Assembly (NCBI GenBank): GCA_964648855.1
Contig: CAZYLT010000028.1
Span: 1 to 20,046, forward strand
Direction of reading: 5' to 3'
Length of the DNA stretch: 20,046 nt
DNA from: an uncultured archaeon
Lineage (GTDB): Archaea; Asgardarchaeota; Thorarchaeia; Thorarchaeales; Thorarchaeaceae
Part shown: positions 1 through 8,118 of the stretch, in pieces
How positions within the stretch are numbered: the stretch's first letter is position 1
How the letters are laid out: the number at the start of each line of letters is the position of its first letter
Translations under genes and position numbers: made by a program
Notes under the pieces: model-generated
Database searches by the model: none
What the model was told of the DNA's origin: nothing
The model's input: the letters and a program-made list of their open reading frames with translations, nothing else

Positions 1-61
1 GTAACGGTAGCATAGGGGATTGTGGACGTCACTTTCTGCGGCAAAACTCCCCTGACGCGGG
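1..61 (+). pseudogene. Partial tRNA-His(GUG) copy with a 21-nt BHB intron; 5' end cut by the window edge, 3' end truncated after the 5' strand of the T-stem
   Basis: Positions 1-25 and 47-61 match the exons of the complete tRNA-His (10161 to 10101, minus strand) at 40/40 nt. Anticodon GTG is at 22-24 and the intron at 26-46. After GCGGG (57-61) the sequence reads GATACTC instead of TTCAACT, so there is no T-loop or acceptor 3' strand. Confidence 0.88.
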
Positions 62-298
62 GATACTCTCTTTGAGGTCATAATGATTAAGGATTTTTTC
101 CAACTCCGGATTGTAAATCTGGTTATTACCACTCTTTACTCTTAATGTCTAATGAGTATTAACTATCTTTAAATTCACAACAAGCATGCATTTGCATAAG
201 ACTACTCCGTCCATTCCAGTCTGTCTCCATTCAGTTTGAAACAAAAGACGCTGAGGAGGAACATGTAGTCGTAAAATATGAAAAAGGAGCAATAGCAA

Positions 299-496
299 AT
301 GCCACTTGAGAAAATCGATGAAGGATTGAATACATTGAAGGCTGTATTGAGCACTTTGGACAGGTTTAATGCTGATAATCTTGTTTCTTTAAAGGAAAAA
401 GATGAGAAGCTTTACGGAGATGTGATGCTACGAATTGAAACCGCAATAGAAGTAATAAACGGAATTATCAAAGATATGCATGATAATCGAAGATAA
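299..496 (+). CDS. Small hypothetical protein (65 aa, predicted helical)
   Basis: ATG start with AAGGAG just upstream; amphipathic helical composition; no recognisable motif. Confidence 0.6.
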   Translation: MPLEKIDEGLNTLKAVLSTLDRFNADNLVSLKEKDEKLYGDVMLRIETAIEVINGIIKDMHDNRR

Positions 497-702
497 TCAA
501 AATAGATTGTGCTTTGGAAAGGGCAAGGTCAATTGCAAATATGATTCCACTGACAAAGTGAATCCAATCAGCGATAACATCGAATCTCGTTCTAAACGAA
601 GAGGTGTCTTTCCTTGGAGTTGATTTTAGCACAATTTATGAAGAACTTTTTAAGAGCAGTTTCGGACTGTGCTATAGCATTCTGGGTAGGAGCTGTTTGG
701 AA

Positions 703-1656
703 ATGGATAACTTCGATTGGCTGAAAGACAAAGTTGAGAATCTCGCGGGAGTGAAAGAAGAAATAGCGGACCTGTGTGAGAAGGGTGAGTACATAACATA
801 CGACAAGGGGCTTTGGGCATTCTGGAAGCTGCTCATTCATTCCTATTATGTGGACATATTCACTCTAATCACGAAGAAGCGTATGAACAATGTAGTATAC
901 ATCGATCTATTGGCAGGACCCGGCTTTAATTATTTGGCGGATATCAATCTCACTGTGGCAGGCTCACCACTGATTGCAAAGTTGCAGCCCAGAGTAACAA
1001 AAGACGGAAAATCAAAAGCCTTTGATGAAATGATTCTTGTGGACTCTGACAGACGTAATTGCGCAAGCCTCGAAAGAGTATTGAATGAGAGAGTAATTTG
1101 TGCGGACTGCAATTCGTCTGAAGTAATGTCAGCCATTGAAGATGCAATGAAGCCAAGAAAGTCCATATATCTAGCATTTATAGATCCCGAGGGGGTGGAA
1201 GAAGTCCATTGGAATACAATGATGAATCTTTTCAAAATGCCAGGCGACCTAATAATTAATTATCCATGGTCTGGAGCTGCGCGACTAGTAGGAAGCTATC
1301 GCCATACTTCAGGTAGTACCAAAGAAAACATCGGACTGCTAATTGACAAATTCTTTGGAGATGAAACGTGGAGGAATGTTCCAGAGGACTCAGTAGCTGA
1401 TTGGCTCAATGATTTCTATTTAAAGCGTGTAAGAAGATATCGAAGTGAGATTGTCGAATTTCCTATAATGATGATTGGTGGGGCACAGTATCGTATACTA
1501 ATTGCGACACGCCAAACAGAATCAGGTTCGCCTTGGCTCAAGCCGGTTTACCGACTTAGGAATCACCATCTTAACAGGTTGACCGACGAGGACCTAAAAC
1601 GTCTCGTTGAAATTTACAAAGGAGATCAAACAACCCTTGATGAATTCTGCAGCTGA
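703..1656 (+). CDS. tcmP: Three-Cys-motif partner protein TcmP-like SAM-dependent methyltransferase
   Basis: Family-type motifs W..wKL...Y, YIDLLAGPG (SAM-binding), GSPL, ADCN, AFIDPEG, DLIINYP, FFG...W and Y.ILIAT. The ORF is open from 604, but ATG 703 follows a TAGGAG RBS. Adjacent to a three-Cys radical-SAM gene. Confidence 0.85.
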   Translation: MDNFDWLKDKVENLAGVKEEIADLCEKGEYITYDKGLWAFWKLLIHSYYVDIFTLITKKRMNNVVYIDLLAGPGFNYLADINLTVAGSPLIAKLQPRVTKDGKSKAFDEMILVDSDRRNCASLERVLNERVICADCNSSEVMSAIEDAMKPRKSIYLAFIDPEGVEEVHWNTMMNLFKMPGDLIINYPWSGAARLVGSYRHTSGSTKENIGLLIDKFFGDETWRNVPEDSVADWLNDFYLKRVRRYRSEIVEFPIMMIGGAQYRILIATRQTESGSPWLKPVYRLRNHHLNRLTDEDLKRLVEIYKGDQTTLDEFCS

Positions 1657-1718
1657 ATACAAAGAGTCTATAATTTCATACCGTGTGGTTCATAATAGTA
1701 CGTGAAAACAAATAGGAG

Positions 1719-2789
1719 ATGCGTCTGATGGACCTAGTGGAAAAAGGGAATGCCCTAAAGGCAAATGAATTAATCCGACAGAAAGAAGGCCAATCAATAC
1801 GAGTTATAGATTTGATTCAAGACGAGAATATTGTTATTGATGTAAATAGTCTTGTTAAGGCACTCAAAGAGCTAGAGCGACAAGGCGATATCTACATCGA
1901 GAGGCACCCAAGGTTAGAGAACGGAATTATCAGAAAGGATATCCGTTCCTCGGATATTGTTTATTTCAATTGTTTTCCATCTATAGATAGAAAGTCCCTG
2001 CTGTATCAGACGAAGGTGGAGTATGGCGATTATACTATAAATCACATTCTTGGATGCGCGCATGGATGCCAATACCCTTGTTATGCCATGAATATCTCCA
2101 AGAGATGGGGGCGCATATCTGATTATGAAGACTGGATGCATCCCCGAGTTGTAGGAAATGCCCTCGATTTATTGGAAAGAGAATTACCACGGTTGAATGG
2201 TGATATCCAATTTGTCCACATGTCATTTATGACCGATCCGTTCATGTTCGATGCACCAAACAATCGGAATTTTCCTTGGATTCAAAATCTCACACTCGAG
2301 TTGGTTGAGAGAATAAACCAGGAAGCGATTAAAGTTACAACTCTGACAAAGGGGCTTTCTCCTATTGAGCTGACAGCCGGTCGTTTCGACAAAGAAAATG
2401 AATATGGCATAACGCTTGTTTCATTGAGTGACGAATTTCATGCTCAATTTGAGCCATTCTCTGCTGAGCCATTGGCCCGCATCCAAGCACTTGAGAGATT
2501 GCATCAGAATGGATTGAAGACCTGGGTTAGCTTAGAACCATATCCTACTCCAAATATAATTGAGCAGGAACTCTCTGACATCCTTGCTGAAGTGGCATTT
2601 GTGGATAAAATTGTATTCGGAAAGTGGAATTACAATGCATTGATTAATGGACATCCAGATGCAGAGAAATTTTACGTGGAGGGGGCGGGGGAGATCATTC
2701 GATTTGCAAAAGAGAATGGTATCGACTATCATATCAAAGAGGGAACGCCCCGAAATTCAGCGGAAACGGAGAAATTGTTCCTATCATAG
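1719..2789 (+). CDS. Radical SAM protein (SplB-like/three-Cys-motif type) with N-terminal winged-helix-like extension
   Basis: GCAHGCQYPCYA Cys triad (Cys codons 2055, 2067, 2079; Cx3Cx3C spacing), SFMTDPF, LTKG, GITLVS, FEP...P..RI.AL, and TWVSLEP, all typical of SplB-like radical SAM enzymes. Confidence 0.85.
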   Translation: MRLMDLVEKGNALKANELIRQKEGQSIRVIDLIQDENIVIDVNSLVKALKELERQGDIYIERHPRLENGIIRKDIRSSDIVYFNCFPSIDRKSLLYQTKVEYGDYTINHILGCAHGCQYPCYAMNISKRWGRISDYEDWMHPRVVGNALDLLERELPRLNGDIQFVHMSFMTDPFMFDAPNNRNFPWIQNLTLELVERINQEAIKVTTLTKGLSPIELTAGRFDKENEYGITLVSLSDEFHAQFEPFSAEPLARIQALERLHQNGLKTWVSLEPYPTPNIIEQELSDILAEVAFVDKIVFGKWNYNALINGHPDAEKFYVEGAGEIIRFAKENGIDYHIKEGTPRNSAETEKLFLS

Positions 2790-2805
2790 CGGGCAAATGC
2801 TTATG

Positions 2806-5800
2806 TTAGCAGTATTCCTCCTCATATAATGAAAGGCCTCTGTCCTCAATTATTTTACCAACCTCGTCACTAATACACTCTAAATCCCAATTAGAGATGG
2901 TGAGGTGACCTATTCGATGGTCAATCTCTTCCCAGATGGAATTGGACACAACATCCCCCTCTCGTATATGCCGGCTGAGATCTTCAACAATGACAAAGTC
3001 ATCGTAGTTGTCCTGTTCTGCTTGTAGGGCTAATCTCACAATAATCCTAACTAGCCCTCGTCTTCCGACCTTGATGTGAGAGCATAGAAACACTAGGTTT
3101 TCATCAGTACCCCACCCATCTTTAGATTCATCAAGTTCAGGGTCGTACTCGTACTCATCGTCAAGCTCTTTCGTCAGGATTCTGCCTTGAATGGCTGCGT
3201 TAAATCGCTTATACTCTGAAACATCTGGAATCTTGGAAAGGTCAATATCGCCTAATCCTATATCTACTGGATGGCATAACCCCCTCCTACTATCAACAAG
3301 TTGCTTGCAGTCTGCGAGAAGAACGACATCGTATATATGCATAAATTTCCGCTCGAACTGCTTGAAAGGAGAGTTTTCCTCCAACTCTCTGAACTCGATT
3401 CGGAATCGCTTGAATCTGCGTCGTTCAGCAAGAAACTTTTCTTCCTGAATCATCAAGGTGCATCGTGGCCCCTCCTGCATATCTAAGAGTTCTTCGCACG
3501 TTTCAGGAAGTGAGAGAATTTCAGGATAGAAACTGGACCTCTGAACGAACGGTTTCAGAAACGACATATTGATTATAGGTATCTTGTCTTCGCTCTTGAT
3601 TTCAAGGTCGGGGTACACGACATCAGTGACATGGCTCCACACCATCCTCACCCCGTCTGCACTTGATGGGAATTTCCCAGTCCTGAAGGGAGCTCTAATG
3701 TATTCGATAACCTCTTGGGTATATTCTGTTTCAATCCCAATGTATGACTGATTTCCAGCTCTATGCATTACCCGATACACTTCTCTCTCATCGTCAATGG
3801 TGATGTAGCAGTCAACATGTTCAGATTCCACTTCAAACGAAGAGATCTCTCTCAGTAAGTCAACCACTCGTTCATCAGGGTTGTCGGGTAGCTGAACATT
3901 TTCTGGTCTTCTAATAGATAACATAACCTCCTGGGGTGGCCAGGTGATTCTGATCCAGCGAATGGGCACGAACATTCCTTTGGAAGGAAATCCATACTGT
4001 AGCATTCCAAGAATTTGCCATTCATTATCCTCCGCATCCTGCATCCACAGGATTGATTCACCAAGTACTCTCGTTAAGATAATAGGCGTACTCTCATGGT
4101 TCATTAGTGCCTTTTCAGCCTTGGATGCTAGTTCACTCGGGTCAATAACGCAGGGATGAAATCCTGTCCTCAAATGCATGCTTTCTTGATCGGTCAGAAG
4201 GGCAGCTTTCAGAGAGAAGTCTTCTTCAGAGGGCAGAAAAACCCACAGGTCTAGCGGGTAGCTCGGTTCTATACTCAAAATTGCACCAACTTGGTAGTCC
4301 ATTCTTTGGACTAACACATTGCTCGGTTGTGACTGAAGTTGTCTTGCTCGCCACTCCAAATTTGAGTACAGTGCCCTGAAATTGTACACTGATTGTACTC
4401 TGTTGCGTTCTCTTCTTACCGCCTCAAATCCCATTTGTATCGGTATCCAATAAGAAATAGAGTTCCATAGTTTTGCAGTTCTTGGATCAAATGGATGGTC
4501 GAAGTTGTTCCGAGCAGCCACATAAACGGCGAGAAATAGGTTCATTCCGTATAATTGCAGCAGTTGGGGATTCTTGGCTATCGCATCCCTTAGGTTCTTT
4601 TTATTTATGGGATTGAGATTCTGTAGCACCTCTTCTTTTTGCTCATCAATCAGTCGCCATGTCTTTGCTCGGTCATCTCTTTTGAGAATCTCAGCCCTGA
4701 TTTTTTGAAGTGCTTGAAGAAGTACATCAGATGTGCTATTTCCCGATAAAACGCGATTGCATGTCTTCATTATCTTGTGCAAATCAACGTAGAGGTCGTC
4801 GCCCGTGCTCACGGATTTTCGAAGAAATCCCGCAGCCTTCTCTAGTCTTCCAAGCTCCTTTCTTCTGATTATGGTCGAGTCTATAGTGCTGGGAGCCGTG
4901 ACGCCTGTTGGAGGTGGACGAATCGTGGTTCCCGTCACATTTTCTGGACGCCTCTGGTATGACGGCATCGTATCATAAGCCCAAGGACGACTGACAAGGT
5001 CTAGTGAATAGATGTCTTTCTGAGAATGCAATGTTATTGGCATCAACTCATTTTGGACAAGTGTCAATCGCGTTGTAAGTGGCACAGGAGAACCCGGATT
5101 TGATAACGAAGAGATTTCATTCAGGTATTCTGGCAGTTTAGATGAGTGGTCTTTGTTGCTTTCCTGTTGGAAACCCCTGTCAAGACTTGGAAGGAGAGTC
5201 ATAGCGCTTTCTTCCAACTTTTCGCAATCAGAAATCGTGGGAGGAATCATGTTGGAGAGTGTGACCAACCGCCCGTGCATTGTCTGGCTTTTTGTTTGAA
5301 GTTCTGCTAACTCGGAAGTACTCAAAGCGCCTCCCCAATCCTTCAGACCTCTGAACTTACGACCCCATGCCTTCAGACATGGTACATGGATTGCGGTCCG
5401 CCATGGCGGAATAGGGGAGGCGATTTCTTGCACAATCACTCTTATGTCAGAATGTCTAGGGGAACGCCATCCAAATATTCGTGGACTTGTAGGAAGATTC
5501 CAGATTATCTCATCTACTTGCTCCAGCCTAGGCGAGTTGTGATGAAGAGCTTTCGCGCAGCTCCTTTGATAATACGGATTCATTCTATTGTGGTTCCTGG
5601 GTGAATCAATCCAGATTATCTCAATATTCTGATTTGGAAGAACAGAGAGAATCAGTTTCTCAAGAGCTATAGGAACATCCTCCGGTTTCTTTGGCATCAT
5701 CCTTCGAAATTCAGTCCAACCGTCAATGACAAAGATTATGCCGCTTTCATCATGGAAAGAAGCTTGAATTTTTCCAATGAAGTTCCTTAATCCCTCATCA

Positions 5801-7878
5801 ACTCTGCCCGAAACAATTTTGTTGATTTCTGTTTCAAGTGGGAAGAACTCGATACTATCAAGAGTGGCTATCGAAGCGTTTCTTTTTTTCTGGGATAATT
5901 CACCTCTATGATACATTGCTTCAATGCCCATTCTCTTTTTCCGTAGATGCTTTGTGGAGAAATCTCCGAGCAAATCAAGCCAAACAACTCTATGGATGTG
6001 CTGTGAGTGTTCAAGACACTCTTGCAGATGATGGAGAAGGTGCCAGTTCTTCGAAATCCACGCCGCTGCTTTACCAGATGAAGTTGGAGAATCCACCGGC
6101 ACATATACCGTTAATAGCCGTTCATCAGAGATTCGCTTCTCGAAAGGATTATATTCAGGTAGTTGATCAGGTGGAATACATTCGGCGATTAGGTGATGTG
6201 GGCCTTCATTAGAATGCACTAACATAGCAATTCGTGGAGAATTGCTCGTCGCATTTTTCGGTTTCTTCAATCCCACTCTCTTCCAATGGTAGACATCATG
6301 GTTCAAGGTGGCGAGTTCGTCACACAACTGAGAAACCAGTATTTGTGCTGCATCAAAGACCTTCTTGTGATCTTCTTGCGAATCCAGAATCAGTACTCCT
6401 TTCCAGAGCTTTTCAGGAGCTTTAGGGTCGCTTGGCACGAGGTTTTTGTATTCCTGAACTATGTTCTGTTCATACAAGACCAACTGGTCCATCGTGTTGC
6501 CCCGAGGTAGGGAGTTCTCAAGCATATTCCATTCGTGAGCTGTGAACGGCCGCTTGCATGCAAAGAATTCGGGAAGATAGTCGTTACCGCTTCTAGATTT
6601 AGTCGAAAAAAGAGCGAAGTCAATCGAGGTCTTGGTCTTCAGTTCGATCACCATTATGGGCGTAAATACGATTCCCTTTGCGACCTCCCGTCGTACGAAG
6701 ATGACAATGTCTGAAGATCCCCCAGCAATTGGCACCTCGCTGGCAACTAGAATCGGGGACTTGGTGTCCAGAAATTTGTCGCCAGCAAAAACAATCTCTT
6801 TGAAACTGGTAGGTCTGTTGAATCCAGAGAGTAGTATTCTGTGCCACGTATTCCCCTCTCCCACGATGATTCTATTGATTTGTTCTCGTAGCTTCTCCGC
6901 ATCCCTCTCCACAACTATACCGTTGTCAATCATATCTAGGAGTTGACCCAACTTCTTTCGTTCTTCTTTGTCGGTTGTGATGTTTCGCAAATCAATTGCC
7001 TTGCTTCGGATATCGCCGATACTAAGCGAAATTGACTCAGCATCGAGCAGTTCGGTGGTACGCATTCCGCGACCAATTCGCCGACCATAGATGGTTCGAA
7101 TATCCAGAACAATCCCTCGCAGTATCTTATGTCCTTCAGTGTAATAGTCACTACGTCCAGTCTCACCGCCTGTATAGACGTAGTCCAAAAAGGGACGCAG
7201 TCGGTGGATGAGAAGGCGAATGTACCGATGCGATTCGTTTCTGGGAACACTATGGATGAAGCACTGGCGGACTAGTTCAATGATATGAGCACGAATCATG
7301 TCCACGAATTCCAGAGATGGAAGAGAAGAGTGCCTCAAGATGATTCTCGGGCATTTTGAGTTTCCTGGATACCCTGCTCTCCAGTATGATTTGATTGAAT
7401 CGTCATCCGGCACCGCATTAGCCATGCTTTCAGTGAGAACTTTCCTAGAGTCATCAGCGTATACTCGTATTTGATAGAGCAATGGGTCCGGAAATGGGTA
7501 GCGAGTGACAGCAAGGTCACGCAATCGAGCACCGGCAAAATTCAGTAGACCATTAATCGGTCCAACGGTCCCCTCTTCCCAGTTCCGAACTCTCTTGAAT
7601 TCCGTATTCCCGTATTTTCTTGTTGACCACCACAGGATCTGAAGATACATAGACCGCAGATTGTTCTCAGCAGATTGTATTGGCCATATGTCATGTTGAG
7701 TGAAGGACTGTATGTCATTGGCTCTTGTCTGTGCCTTTTTCCATAGACGCTGTGTAGCCTCTACAGCACTCCGTACCTCTTTCTGTCTAGAGGCTCTTGC
7801 TCTAGCCAGGCGAACAAGGACAGCCAATCCTGTATGGATTGAATCTGCTAGCACCTGCGCAGCATGAAAACCTCCCAT
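2806..7878 (-). CDS. Giant hypothetical protein (1690 aa): PD-(D/E)xK nuclease motif, degenerate P-loop NTPase-like region, long acidic C-terminal module
   Basis: Uninterrupted 5-kb ORF with an AGGTGG RBS and TTATAA upstream. SEVPIAGGSSD...VIELKTK...DQLVLY (6472-6738) matches the RecB-like nuclease pattern. SPTSSGK (6070-6090) and IIFVIDG (5719-5739) resemble Walker A and Walker B. Confidence 0.85.
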   Translation of the reverse strand: MGGFHAAQVLADSIHTGLAVLVRLARARASRQKEVRSAVEATQRLWKKAQTRANDIQSFTQHDIWPIQSAENNLRSMYLQILWWSTRKYGNTEFKRVRNWEEGTVGPINGLLNFAGARLRDLAVTRYPFPDPLLYQIRVYADDSRKVLTESMANAVPDDDSIKSYWRAGYPGNSKCPRIILRHSSLPSLEFVDMIRAHIIELVRQCFIHSVPRNESHRYIRLLIHRLRPFLDYVYTGGETGRSDYYTEGHKILRGIVLDIRTIYGRRIGRGMRTTELLDAESISLSIGDIRSKAIDLRNITTDKEERKKLGQLLDMIDNGIVVERDAEKLREQINRIIVGEGNTWHRILLSGFNRPTSFKEIVFAGDKFLDTKSPILVASEVPIAGGSSDIVIFVRREVAKGIVFTPIMVIELKTKTSIDFALFSTKSRSGNDYLPEFFACKRPFTAHEWNMLENSLPRGNTMDQLVLYEQNIVQEYKNLVPSDPKAPEKLWKGVLILDSQEDHKKVFDAAQILVSQLCDELATLNHDVYHWKRVGLKKPKNATSNSPRIAMLVHSNEGPHHLIAECIPPDQLPEYNPFEKRISDERLLTVYVPVDSPTSSGKAAAWISKNWHLLHHLQECLEHSQHIHRVVWLDLLGDFSTKHLRKKRMGIEAMYHRGELSQKKRNASIATLDSIEFFPLETEINKIVSGRVDEGLRNFIGKIQASFHDESGIIFVIDGWTEFRRMMPKKPEDVPIALEKLILSVLPNQNIEIIWIDSPRNHNRMNPYYQRSCAKALHHNSPRLEQVDEIIWNLPTSPRIFGWRSPRHSDIRVIVQEIASPIPPWRTAIHVPCLKAWGRKFRGLKDWGGALSTSELAELQTKSQTMHGRLVTLSNMIPPTISDCEKLEESAMTLLPSLDRGFQQESNKDHSSKLPEYLNEISSLSNPGSPVPLTTRLTLVQNELMPITLHSQKDIYSLDLVSRPWAYDTMPSYQRRPENVTGTTIRPPPTGVTAPSTIDSTIIRRKELGRLEKAAGFLRKSVSTGDDLYVDLHKIMKTCNRVLSGNSTSDVLLQALQKIRAEILKRDDRAKTWRLIDEQKEEVLQNLNPINKKNLRDAIAKNPQLLQLYGMNLFLAVYVAARNNFDHPFDPRTAKLWNSISYWIPIQMGFEAVRRERNRVQSVYNFRALYSNLEWRARQLQSQPSNVLVQRMDYQVGAILSIEPSYPLDLWVFLPSEEDFSLKAALLTDQESMHLRTGFHPCVIDPSELASKAEKALMNHESTPIILTRVLGESILWMQDAEDNEWQILGMLQYGFPSKGMFVPIRWIRITWPPQEVMLSIRRPENVQLPDNPDERVVDLLREISSFEVESEHVDCYITIDDEREVYRVMHRAGNQSYIGIETEYTQEVIEYIRAPFRTGKFPSSADGVRMVWSHVTDVVYPDLEIKSEDKIPIINMSFLKPFVQRSSFYPEILSLPETCEELLDMQEGPRCTLMIQEEKFLAERRRFKRFRIEFRELEENSPFKQFERKFMHIYDVVLLADCKQLVDSRRGLCHPVDIGLGDIDLSKIPDVSEYKRFNAAIQGRILTKELDDEYEYDPELDESKDGWGTDENLVFLCSHIKVGRRGLVRIIVRLALQAEQDNYDDFVIVEDLSRHIREGDVVSNSIWEEIDHRIGHLTISNWDLECISDEVGKIIEDRGLSLYEEEYC

Positions 7879-7901
7879 TCCACCTAAATTGTCAAATCCA
7901 C

Positions 7902-7910
7902 TTATAAGTT
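7902..7910 (-). promoter_or_regulatory. Putative archaeal BRE/TATA box for the giant gene
   Basis: Minus strand reads AACTTATAA about 25-30 nt upstream of the ATG at 7878. Confidence 0.5.
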
Positions 7911-8003
7911 GTACCGGAGTGAATCAAATATATAATAAGCATTATGGGGCTTTTTTTCTTCATTTAGAAGTCTAATAGTGCTTTATTTCAATAATTGCTT
8001 AAT

Positions 8004-8112
8004 AACCTTAAATACTGCAGTACATACAATTGTACGAGTTCAAAACCCCCTGTCGGTATGGATATGGGAGTGAACTCAGCTGACCGAGACAGGTCAGAAC
8101 CTTAAATACTGC
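8004..8112 (+). repeat. 15-bp direct repeat AACCTTAAATACTGC (8004-8018 and 8098-8112), each copy containing a BRE/TATA-like box
   Basis: Exact match read directly from the sequence; 79 bp between the copies. Confidence 0.85.
8036..8097 (+). ncRNA. Candidate structured small RNA or 5' leader upstream of tnpB
   Basis: Stem GAGTTCA (8036-8042)/TGAACTC (8071-8077) encloses an inner stem, followed by hairpin CTGACC-GAGACA-GGTCAG (8080-8097). It begins 28 nt after the first TTAAATA box, where an archaeal start site is expected. Confidence 0.4.
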
Positions 8113-8118
8113 TAGGCG

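Noticed and set aside
62-115. Second intron at 53/54 or trans-spliced split tRNA for the left tRNA copy
   Set aside because: TTCCAACTCCGG near 98-109 only loosely resembles a T-loop and is not followed by an acceptor strand; no long complementary trailer/leader pair with the 9916-9938 fragment was found.
163-309. Open frame ending ...VVVKYEKGAIANAT that overlaps the 299 start
   Set aside because: No convincing start codon and under 50 codons; may be a gene remnant but cannot be supported.
8004-8112. Minimal CRISPR array (repeat-spacer-repeat) for a Cas12f-like protein
   Set aside because: The repeats are only 15 bp, non-palindromic and TATA-like, and the 79-nt interval is too long and too structured for a spacer; no cas1/cas2 in the window.
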